A stretch of 54,020 nt of DNA from NCBI RefSeq assembly GCF_001194135.2, contig NC_068999.1:26520274-26574293 (forward strand), written 5' to 3'. Position 1 is the stretch's first letter. Each line of letters begins with the position of its first letter. Below are positions 13,075 to 25,300 of this stretch, piece after piece. This DNA comes from Octopus bimaculoides (Eukaryota). Both the position numbers and the translations under genes were made by a program. The notes beneath the pieces were generated by a model. It did not search any database. It had not been told where the DNA came from and saw nothing but the letters and a program-made list of their open reading frames with translations.

Positions 13075-13370
13075 TTAGGAATAGAAATCATAGGTGCTAT
13101 CAGGTTCTGTTTGTTCGGTGGGTGTTTTTTCTATATGTGTTGGTGACAAACTAGTGTCTTTTTCTTTAGGAACCTCTTTTGGAAGCTCATATAATGCACT
13201 GTCAGCTCGCATAGGTTGTGGTTGGTAAAGTACTAATGCCATTGACTGAGTTCTTGATTCCTTTTTTTCAATATTTTGAGTTGTTTCTGTGAGTGATGAA
13301 GAACTGTGTGATACGGAATCAATAAAATGGTAACTGGACTTATCAGGAATCTTGAAGGAAATGTTAGTAT
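13075..13370 (-). CDS. USP terminal coding exon (DTNISFKIP...DSTYDFYS*)
   Basis: tttttcag acceptor, correct phase 1, 97 further sense codons then TAA 13077-13075; not in ORF track. Confidence 0.8.
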
Positions 13371-16300
13371 CTGAAAAACAAAGTTTTCATAAGTGAATAT
13401 CACAGAAATGAAATGATAAAATGATCACATTGGAGTTCAAACCTCACTACAAATACCATTGCACACTAAAGCAAGACAGCTAATTGCATCTTACCTAATC
13501 AAATTAACTAAAATGAGTATTAAGTAGTTGGAAGTGGCATACTTCAGTAATTTGGTTTGGTTTTGAAAATGGGTAGTTTTACACAACACTAAATAACTTG
13601 CCACTGGTGATAGCTATGATGTGCTTTTATACACCAAAAAAACCATAGAGTTTTTCACACTTGGTAAACATCACAGTATTTGTGTGTTCTAATGCAGTAT
13701 TTGAGTGTTCTAATACAACATCCACCTTTAAGTGGTGAATATATATATATATACATATATTTTTTTTCAATTTCTCTCTCTATTTTTCCCTCTCATCCCT
13801 TTCTGTTGAAGAGTGTAGACTTGTAACATCAAAGACCTTTCCATTTTCCCTGAGCATCAAACCAATACACCTGCTTGTTGTTCTATCACCTGTCTCCATT
13901 TTTTGTTTTCAGTTCATTTGAATCATATATGTGTATCATCTGGAAATTTAAGGATGAGAATGTCGGCTACATCAAATGGAAAATTCTTTCTAAGACCAAA
14001 CCATATATTAATGATTCAAAAAGATGTTCTATATGCTGGCTTGAAAAACTGTATCCTTTAAAAATCTTAAGAACCATTTGTCACTATGTAAATACTAGGA
14101 ACGAGATTTTTTCTTTGTTTCTGCATTTTACAAAACACATCNNNNNNNNNNNNNNNNNNNNNNNNNNNNNNNNNNNNNNNNNNNNNNNNNNNNNNNNNNN
14201 NNNNNNNNNNNNNNNNNNNNNNNNNNNNNNNNNNNNNNNNNNNNNNNNNNNNNNNNNNNNNNNNNNNNNNNNNNNNNNNNNNNNNNNNNNNNNNNNNNNN
14301 NNNNNNNNNNNNNNNNNNNNNNNNNNNNNNNNNNNNNNNNNNNNNNNNNNNNNNNNNNNNNNNNNNNNNNNNNNNNNNNNNNNNNNNNNNNNNNNNNNNN
14401 NNNNNNNNNNNNNNNNNNNNNNNNNNNNNNNNNNNNNNNNNNNNNNNNNNNNNNNNNNNNNNNNNNNNNNNNNNNNNNNNNNNNNNNNNNNNNNNNNNNN
14501 NNNNNNNNNNNNNNNNNNNNNNNNNNNNNNNNNNNNNNNNNNNNNNNNNNNNNNNNNNNNNNNNNNNNNNNNNNNNNNNNNNNNNNNNNNNNNNNNNNNN
14601 NNNNNNNNNNNNNNNNNNNNNNNNNNNNNNNNNNNNNNNNNNNNNNNNNNNNNNNNNNNNNNNNNNNNNNNNNNNNNNNNNNNNNNNNNNNNNNNNNNNN
14701 NNNNNNNNNNNNNNNNNAGCACCATTTGAGTGTGATCGTTACCTGCGTCGCCTTACTGGCACTTGAAAAAATATTTGAGCAAGGTTGTTGCCAGTGCCGC
14801 TGGACTGGCTCCTGTGCAGGTGGCACGTAAAAAACACTATTTTGAGCATTGCCCTTGTCAGTACTGCGTGACTGGCCCTCGTGCCAGTGGCACGTAAAAG
14901 CACCCACTACACTCTTGGAGTGGTTGGTGTTAGGAAGGGCATCCAGCTGTAGAAACTTTGCCAGATCAGATTGGAGCCTAGTGCAGCCTTCTGGTTCGCC
15001 AGTCCTCAGTCAAATCGTCCAACCCATGCTAGCATGGAAGGCGGACGTTAAATAATGATGATGATGATGAACTGGAAATCGATCCAGGCAGATATCAATA
15101 AAGCACTTAGTTTTAAATGAATTGGGTTAACTATATCAAAAAAATCAGACACCAATAAATGCAAATAGAATACACATCCAAAGTAATTCCTTATGTATGA
15201 CAAGTAGATTCAAATATTTGCTAGAATTTTGAGAAATTCAGAGTATTAGACAACAAAAATACAAAATGTAGAATTGCCAATATTGTACAACGATGCATAA
15301 CTAATAATGGACCATTTTAAATGTTCCTATCTTTTAAATACCAAATGCATTTACTAAGATTTGTAGAATTACCTTTCCTTCTATACTTAAATTGTAGCAG
15401 ACGAACCTATGTACCTCTATTATTATCTCACATTGATACACTATATTTCTCCTTAAACACTGATTTTCTAAAGGACAGATAATTTTGTTTTTACAATTAC
15501 ACAGGTATTTATTCATTTCTATTTGATACTCATGCTTAAAAAGAATTATTACTAATCCCTCTCTCAGAATTGGGTGTTAAGGCAGGATTATTATTAGTTT
15601 TATAATTAACTAGTGGGACCCGTAAATATTTTACAGAATTAATGGTAAGCTTATTGGGTTATTTCTGAAAACTTTATCCAAAGAACCTGAAAGTGTAGCC
15701 TGTGTTGTGTCTGAGTCAAAAGATATTTACTCATCTGCTAATCACTGAAAAGTGAAGGAAATTGGAATACAATGATTACTTAATGCACTTTATATACTTT
15801 ATGCACAATTTTATAGACTTAATACACAACACTCTCCCTCTTTCTCTCTCCTTTTTCTTTTGCTCTTTGCCTTTCCCTTCAACTAATCATGTAAAAGTGT
15901 TACAAATAGGTTAATTAACAGAGGTAAAAAATTTATTACAAAAATAAAAAATTACATTTCACTCACCACTACCCCTCCCACCCCCAGTTCCCAACCAATC
16001 ACGTGGATGTGTTAAGTAACAGAGCGACAAGCAGAGTTATATGATATCAAAATTGGGTGCTAATTTAACTGTATTATCAGAGTCAAAATTACTTTTACTT
16101 AAATGATCAAAATCTAGTTCAGGAAAGTTATCATTAGAGTTAATTTCATGGAGAATTAGGGACTATCTCTGCTCAAAATCTGTAAGCATGAGTAGAATCA
16201 ATAGAGAGAATTATGAAATTCAATCAATAGAACAGCCTGCTCATGAAATTAACACGTAAGAGGCAGAGTACTCCACAGATCCATAGACATGTGTACTGTT

Positions 16301-19300
16301 AATATGGCTCTCTGGGAAGATCCAACATGACACAGAATGTGATAAGGCTGGGACTTTGAAATACAGGTACAACTCATTTTTGCCAGCTAAAATAAAGTGT
16401 CTTGCTCAAGGAGACAATGTGCCACCAAGTATCAAACTTATGACCTTACAATCTTGAGCCGAATACCCTAACCACTTAGCCATGTGTCTTCACCTATACA
16501 CACACCATACACAACAGGCATCCGTTGTTCTTGAAAGACCATTGATCTGCACCTGGGGAGTTTTGTGTCGGTTGTTGATGATGGTGCAGTGACTGCTGTG
16601 GCAGTACAAGCCCACATGAGAGTGGCAGTCTTGAACACTGACTGCATTTGAGGATGCTCTCCACTGGCACATACATACATAGATGTGTACATATGTATAT
16701 GAACCCCTCCTAACAAATCATCTTCCTAATACCGACCTGTCCTTCACTTTTCTGACTATGGAACTATTTCACTCAGCTTATGTACCTCTGAATTCATCCG
16801 TGGCTCTGTGCATCTCCCTTGCACTCTCTTTCTCAACTTCACATTATCTTTGTAGCAACCTATTATCTCCACACCTACGTCCTCCACTTTCACCATTCAC
16901 TACATTTCTCTCTTTTCCCCTATCTCTATCCATCTGCCACTTGAAAAAAAAACTATGCCCACTGTCTGTCCTTCCCAAAATAAATAAGAAACTACTTACC
17001 TTGTCGTACATAGAACAAAACATAAGCGCTACTCAAATGGTCATCTCTCGGCATGTGCTGGCTCACATTCTCATCATTATAGTAGTACCAGTTGTTTTCA
17101 ATAGGGTGTTTACTGTAACAGGTGTAGTGACCAGAATTAGACCCTACAGAAGATAAAAATAAAAATTTGATGAACATGTATATATTAAGTGAAACTGAAA
17201 GCAAATATTATGCCTAAGAATTGAGAATTTATTAGCTTACCTCCAAAATGGCACACAAAACTGTGTAGGTCATAAAGCAAGTTCTTGGTGTGAGGACCAG
17301 AAGTGAACTGACTAAGGTCTAAGTCTTCAAGAGGGAATGTCACTAAATTGTCAATTTTGGTACTTGTAAGTTCATGAAATACAAACCTAAGAAAGAACAG
17401 ACTGATACTATAAACATAATAGCTAAAAAGTAACAAAGAGTTTACTTAAATCTCAAATTGAAATATCACTATAAAGTTAGGACAATTTGCTCTAGGAGAT
17501 TTAGTTTATGCATGGTAGCAATCTTAAATAACATTCAATAACAATGACGACATGAGTGCATGTATCTATAGCATCATCTTTGTAATAAAAGCCTAATGTT
17601 ATATCTGAATGAACTATTCTTTCGCCAGTTTTCTTGGTTTATATTTATTATGGATACCATCCATTAACTGGTACTCTTTAACAACCTTCTATAATTCAGA
17701 CATGCTACATGCCCATAGCAATGTAGTTATTTTATTTGTTGAAAAAATTACATCAAATGCTTTTGAAATAATCTTCTCGACTCAATTCTTTTAAATTAAC
17801 TTTGCATGTCCTCTGGTGCATATTTAATTCTTTTCTTTTCAATTACAGCTGATTGCCCACATGTTCAGTAAAACAGTATTGCATTTATTAAACATAAAAT
17901 TTGTCCTTTGATAGATGAAAAGAAATCTTCATTGACAACACATAACCTCAAAGTTTGCTTTACACTTAATTTCAGTTGGCACTGAAAAATAACTCATTGA
18001 ACATATATATGGTCATAAGTCAAATGAGAAAATATTTGAGGCAATAATTATCAATTTGATAAATATTGAATAAACTTGTTAAAACATAATTATTGTATTT
18101 CATATTTAATATATATTACATTACATTCATAACATATGCTCTATACGTGCCACCAGGTAACAGACTTATGAGCTTATATTACACACTCCAACATTCAAAA
18201 TATCAAAGTAGATTGCATTTTAATTTTACCGTTTTAGATATATAATAAGATTATCAGGATATCGCCAGACAGTCATTGTTTTCTTAGCACGGCAGTTCTT
18301 GGAGCAGTTTGGACAATACCAAGGATTGTGCTCATCTAGTGTTTCACTGAAGAATAAGAAATATTGGAACTGATAGAAAAACTGTTTGTTATTTTCATGA
18401 TAGGTACGCACTGTGATATGATGGTAAGATCTTGAAAAATATCAGAGTGGTTCTTAGTCAGAACTTGACTACATTGCTCATAAAATGAGAAAATGTCAAA
18501 TTTATGCTCTGCTTCTTCTTTTAAAAATGTTAATGATCATGCTTATGTAAGAAACACTTTCGTGTCTAATAATATTGGTCTTCATATCTTTATTTAACAA
18601 TTGTTACAGGCTCTAGATACAGTGAGTCTAAGAAAACAATAATGAATTGACTTATTTTTACATCTTTATGTTAAACGTACTCTAGAGACCCAACAGAATA
18701 TTAATAAGTAACAATGTGTTGCTAATTAATTTCAGAATGATTTCAGTATTTTTATAAAGGGTCCTCCTGGATTAACAAATTCTTAACAAGCAATCTTATA
18801 TATCAGATATATGTTACTTTGTATTTAATGAATAATGCATGCCAGCACAGAAAGCAGACGTTTAAATGATAATGATGATGATTCAATTTAATAAATATTT
18901 AATGAATATTCAGTAAGCAGAATTGATAATAAATATATGATCTAAATATAATAAAATATATAACATAATAAAATTTAAATCTATACATGTAAATCATAAA
19001 TTCACACTAGTATTAATATACAGATACCTTTGCATAAATGCTGTGAAACAATCATGAAGAGACATTGGAGTATTTGGACGTAGGTTTTCCATAGATTCAT
19101 GATCAATTACACACTGCTCCAAGAGCTGACCCTGTTCAGCAGGAACAGTAACAAAAGTAATGGTAAGATGATCACCAGGCTGGAGAGTAACTTGACCAGT
19201 GCGCTGGACAACACAACCAACACATTGGTTTACTGATGGACACCGAGAACACTGTAGACCCTTGAAGATAAAACAAGAGAAAGAGAAAAAAATATTAATG

Positions 19301-22300
19301 AATGTTAAAATAAAATATAAGAATAAATGTAAGAATCTACAAACAGAAGTAGTACAAACCTCTTCCATGGTAAAAGCGATTGTGTATTGCAGGGCTGTAT
19401 GGACAATTTGGTTAACACAATTATACAAAGTGCCACCACTAATGTTGTTAGGAAGGTATAAAATGTGGGGATGACCAATCAATTGCTGTTGTTCAGGATT
19501 TGATTTACTTAGACATCGGAAAGTCAGTGGCACAGCTAAGATTCTAAGAGAAAAATATAGAAAAATATACAGATTATGCTTACACTACATATGGTCATGT
19601 AGTCTCTCATAATAGAACCTGTTCCAATGGTCATCATGCAGTAACAAAGAGTAAGCTTTTATCTTTTTAAAGTTCTAAATAATGTCATATGAATAACGAA
19701 TTAGATGACAGAAAATTAAGGGCCATGAGTTGACTAAATATATGAACACTTAACTAAATGATGAAATTGATAGTCTAAAAGTGAGACTAACTTTTAGTAT
19801 TTTTGTGAATAGCTTATTGCAGAATAGTGCTCCTGACTTCACTCTAACATCATTAATACCATCATTTTATGCCTGCTGTGTATTCAAGCATAAGCCGGAT
19901 GGTTTGACAGAATCTAATGAGAAAGAAGACCATGTTTTGCTCCAACAATTTATGGTGTTCACTTGGCATCCAGCCCTTCCTATTACCAACCTGTTACTTT
20001 ACAGAGTGTACTGGGTGCTTTTTCATGGCACCAGCATAAGTTACAATTAATGTGCAAAACTAAGAAACACCTCCATGACCTGAGAAAGAAAATTAGAGAG
20101 AGAGGGTGGAGACTAGCCAGGTGTTAAGAAGTTAAAGTATGCTGGGAGGAGCAGGTTTCTTGTGAAAAGATACTAATGGGGAAGCTCAGAGAAAGAGCAG
20201 TGTCAGTGGTTTGTGAGGGCAAGTCAGAGAATATTAATAAGGGCTGTGGGATAGGCTAAATAGGAGATTCATAGCTACTCTGTGTTATATGTTGGTGTAT
20301 TGATGCTAGAGAGAGATAAAGAAGGTGTTGAGGAACCAGAGTATATCCTCAAGTCCAAGATGATGAATAGAAGAGTGCATGGTGACAGAAGGATCAGGTC
20401 AGGTGGGTAAAGATTACAAGAAAGTGTAGGAGGTGAAGGTAGTTTGGTGAATGAGGGTCAATAGTATGAATTATTGTTATCAATGGGAAGTGACTCGAGG
20501 CAGAGGAAGTGATGATTGGCAGTACAGAAAGGGTGATATGTATGGTAACATATATGTCGATTTACATTTTTATTATTTAGTGGCTTGGTAGAATTATTAG
20601 AGTATCAAATAAAATGATATGTGGTGTTTAGTCATGACCCTTTATATTCACAGTTCAAGTTCTGCCAAAGTTAACTATCTTTCATCCTTCTGGTTTCAAG
20701 TATAATTAACTATACCCATCAACAATACACTTGTAGTGAGTCAAGGCAGTTCTATTTGGTTGTCATGTATGAGCACTATTAGTACTATGGCAACTTCAGC
20801 CAATTAAAGCTGGCTGCAGATTAATACAAACAGCAGCTTCCGCCCAGCAGTATTTCGCACCGTTTTTTCAATATTTAGCTAGCAGTTAGCAGGAAACTTT
20901 GACAAGTGTGCAGCTATTTTCAGTGGGACTTTGGAAGGACACTACCCCTGATGGCATACTTCAACATGAACAGCTATGTCACTTCACCAACTTAACACAA
21001 TAAACTTCAGGATAACATTAAGCTTGCTTGTCAAATCCAATTATTCTCTATTGATGGAACTTGCCTGTTTAACCTTCTTACTACCTTTATCGTGGTATGC
21101 TTCTACCCATTTGTATAAATATTAAGTCCATTGGCCTTCCTTGACTCCTACATACAATTGCCTACTCTCATTGCAACCCAAATAAATTATGTTTGTTCTG
21201 ATTTATTTGTTGTTTTTCCTCAATGCTTCACAGATGCAACTCTTTTATTGACTTTCCACGTTGTGTATTTATTTGGTAACACACTAAAATTAGTAGCACT
21301 TTACTCAAGTTACATTTGAGCACCAAAACTACTCCATTACATTGGTGACTGATGTGATGTTGGAATATTTCTTTGGGAAATGGGAGATATTCCCCCACTA
21401 AAAAAAATTAATATAATTATGCTCATGAAACAAACACTTTAAAACTACATTTCCTGCATTCTGCTTCATTTGAACTATGTGTGTACATTTAACTGTTTCC
21501 AAGATGGCTACCCATCTTCATGTGTAGCCTTGGGCCAGAGTCAGATGTGCATGCCTCACCCCACTTAGATTTAATTTTTCCTGCTTCCTGCCTTTGGACA
21601 CAACATTGAAGACGATAGCCTTTGATTTTTACAAACACTGCAACTATTGAGGACCTGCCTCCAACTTCTTTTTGATGGCCGCACCATTTTCTTGGCTTAA
21701 TTTTTTCAATGTTCCATCCTTCACTGCCCTGGACTTTCACCTTAACTCACTGAGTTTCACCAGCTCTGCTTCCTGAAGATGATTCTGGCTTGTTTGCACC
21801 TGATTAACTGTTTTATTTTTCGTGGCTGAGATGTACTCACCTTACAGCATTCCTCCTTTCTCCCTGTGTCTCTGATGCAAAGCTATGGTTTGTGGTATTG
21901 CATCAGACACAGCAATCGCTGCTGTATTTCTACTGTTTTTCAGCCATTCTATTAATGATTTCAGGCATCGTGCCTCCTTTGAACTCTTGTGTATAGACTG
22001 CAACTTTTCTTTACATTTCAGTTATTTTTTCGCTTTTCAGGACTAAGACACTTTCGAGCCACGTTTGTCATTCTTGCTTTACATTGTTTCATTTTTCAAT
22101 GTTCATACACACGTTTGCATGCCTGCACAATATGTTATGCTTTCACCAGTTGCTATCCCATGTTCTCTGAGCCCTTGTAAAACACAACTTGCTTCTATTA
22201 GACCTCAGGTTGGTCATGTACTTAATAGAGTTACCTGTCTCTCGCAACATGCCAGCACACCACACTTGTGCTTTTGCTCATCTCTCAAGGCATTTCATAC

Positions 22301-25300
22301 TGAATGCAATCCTGCAAGAAAATTTTCACTGATATTGATTGAGAATACATGCACTCACTTGCCGCAGCTGCCACTTACTCACACTTATTTATACAACCTC
22401 AAGCACACTGCCTCAGTCACGCAATGACTAGCAAATTCCGCACTCACACTGCCTCAGTCACGCAATGACTAGCAAATTCCGCACTCACACTGCCTCAGTC
22501 ATAATGACTGCACACTGTGCACGCAAAGCGACACTGCTATTCAAACTCACCTGAATAGATCCTGTTCTGTAAACATTCCCTGGATTATCTCTCCTGATAT
22601 GCACAATTTTTCTCAGCCTTGCATCACATTCATCAACACAAATACTTCCCACAATCCTGAGTGTTGTTTTTCACTTTCCTGAAATGTCTATTTGCATGCT
22701 TGTTTTGTTTTTCTTGATGCATTCATGTTTTCTTTTTCCAGTGTTTGAACATTTGGTGGCTCTTCATGTATGCAATGTAATTTCCTTTTGCCATTGTTTG
22801 ACAATTTTGCTTTTCTTGCTGTATTAATATATCAACATGCAGTCTGAAGAGGGGTTATGTAGTGAGTCAAGGCAGTTCTATTTGGTTGTCGGGTATTGGC
22901 ACAGTAGTGCTATGACAACTTCAGTCAATTAAAGCTGGCTGTGGTTTAATACAAACAGCAGCTTCTACCCAGCAGTATTTCATACCTTTTTTCAATAGTT
23001 AACTGGCAGTTAGCAGAAGACTCCAACAAGTGTGCAGCTATTTTCAGTGGGACTTTGGAAGGACACTACCCCTGATGGCATACTTCAACATGAACAGCTA
23101 TGTCACTTCACCAACTTAACACAGTAAACTTCAGGATAACATTAAGCTTGCTTGTCAAATCCAATTATTCTCTATTGATGGAACTTGCCTGTTTAACCTT
23201 CTTACTACCTTTATCGTGGTATGCTTCTACCCATTTGTATAAATATTAAGTCCATTGGCCTTCCTTGACTCCAACATACAATTGCCTACTCTCATTGCAA
23301 CCCAAATAAATTATGTTTGTTCTGATTTATTTGTTGTTTTTCCTCAATGCTTCACAGATGCAACTCTTTTATTGAATTTCCACGTCGTGTATTTATTTGG
23401 TAACACACTAAAATTGGTAACACTTTACTCAAGTTACATTCTTACATAGTTACATTCAAACACCAAAACTACTCCATTACTCACTAAAAGCTAATGTTTT
23501 TAGTGTGTTGTTGTGTGTAGGATTGGCAACTGAGTTGACACTCCAAATGTTTAGATGTGTCTCACAGGGTGTGTATTTGAAGATAAAAGGTAACACCTTT
23601 CTCTGGCAAAAAGTAGACCCATAAACATTGTATTGTAAAACATTTGAATTAAACTGATTATACAATTTTAAGATGCTTTAAAAATTAGAGTTTTAATTTT
23701 GGGTTAAAAAATAGAAAACAATTGCATGATATTGTAAACAACACAAGATTTATTCTCAAAAACCAATTAACCTTTCCTGAAGCTGGCCAGTATCAAGTCA
23801 GTAAGTTATTGATTAAGCATTGCATATGAAAGTTTTTAGGAAAGTGTTATAATCAAGTTACAAAAAATCCCCCTCTAGAACAGAAAATTTTTTATACAGA
23901 ACTTAAACTGAACATTCTAAATTTTTAAATTGGTACTTAACTAGTGGGACATTTTGTTGACTACAAAAGTTACCATATATTCAAATGACTGATATTAAAA
24001 CAATATTACAATAAAATGAGAAATTTCATAATTGTGAAGCAAAATGCAAAACATTTCTACAATTCTCCAAGGTGGTGCCCCAGCACGGTCACAATCTAAT
24101 AACTGAAACAAGTAAAAGATAAAGTACCAACTATAATTTTAAATTGTGACTTCTATTAAATTATTGAAATACAAAAAGAGATAACTAGACAACAGATCTT
24201 TCTACTACCACTAACATGTCACTGTCATATAATGTCTTCTGTTATGCTTGCAGGAGTTGGATGGGTTTACCAGCACTNNNNNNNNNNNNNNNNNNNNNNN
24301 NNNNNNNNNNNNNNNNNNNNNNNNNNNNNNNNNNNNNNNNNNNNNNNNNNNNNNNNNNNNNNNNNNNNNNNNNNNNNNNNNNNNNNNNNNNNNNNNNNNN
24401 NNNNNNNNNNNNNNNNNNNNNNNNNNNNNNNNNNNNNNNNNNNNNNNNNNNNNNNNNNNNNNNNNNNNNNNNNNNNNNNNNNNNNNNNNNNNNNNNNNNN
24501 NNNNNNNNNNNNNNNNNNNNNNNNNNNNNNNNNNNNNNNNNNNNNNNNNNNNNNNNNNNNNNNNNNNNNNNNNNNNNNNNNNNNNNNNNNNNNNNNNNNN
24601 NNNNNNNNNNNNNNNNNNNNNNNNNNNNNNNNNNNNNNNNNNNNNNNNNNNNNNNNNNTCATATAATGTCTTCTGTTATGCTTGCAGGAGTTGGATGGGT
24701 TTACCAGCACTGCATCTCACCAATTGTTAAATTCCTTTGAAGTTTAGTCACCATTTCTTTACAAACTTTCCTTATTCTTCATCTACTGAAAGCCCCTTCT
24801 GTTTGGATTGCTTGCCACTTCTTTATCCAAATGTCATCCAACATATGCATTTCTTGTCCACAGCAGTGCAGTTTTCACTTTTGTATATTACTTGTTATTC
24901 TTTTTGTACTGAGTTTTTCACTCAATACATTTGTGCTCCATCATTCACACACACTAACATTATACACCCAAGAAGCAGGCTTACATTTCTTTCAAATCAC
25001 TGCACACACCCAGCATTCAATGTTCATGTTTTTCTATCATGCAACATTGCACTTCATATACAAGCATTATACAATCAGCCTTTCTCTTAGGAAGAAAATC
25101 TATTTGTTGCCAGCATAGGTAACAGCTTCTTTCCGAACTTTTTTTTACCTATTCTTAATCTGGTTTCTACACTTTCTAAACATCCTCCTCCATTGATAAT
25201 TAGGTCAGCTAAGGAGCAGAAGCTAACATATTTCTAGAAAGCCTCTGAGCATTTGAAAGAATATATTTCATTAGTGCTCTTATTTATTAGTACTGTGCAT

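Noticed and set aside
16468-16716. Overlapping short ORFs as an extra USP exon
   Set aside because: Repeat-adjacent, no convincing splice pair, and exon 14 joins exon 15 in frame without them.
21489-21740. Minus-strand KIKPRKWCGHQKEV as an integrase C-terminal remnant
   Set aside because: Opposite to the orientation set by PBS and PPT; single weak motif.
22404-22509. 41-bp repeats as a CRISPR-like array
   Set aside because: No unique spacers, no cas genes, eukaryotic intron; simple tandem duplication.
24225-24711. Identical 53-bp sequence on both sides of the N gap (24225-24277 and 24659-24711)
   Set aside because: Exact contig-end overlap; most likely an assembly artefact rather than a real direct repeat.
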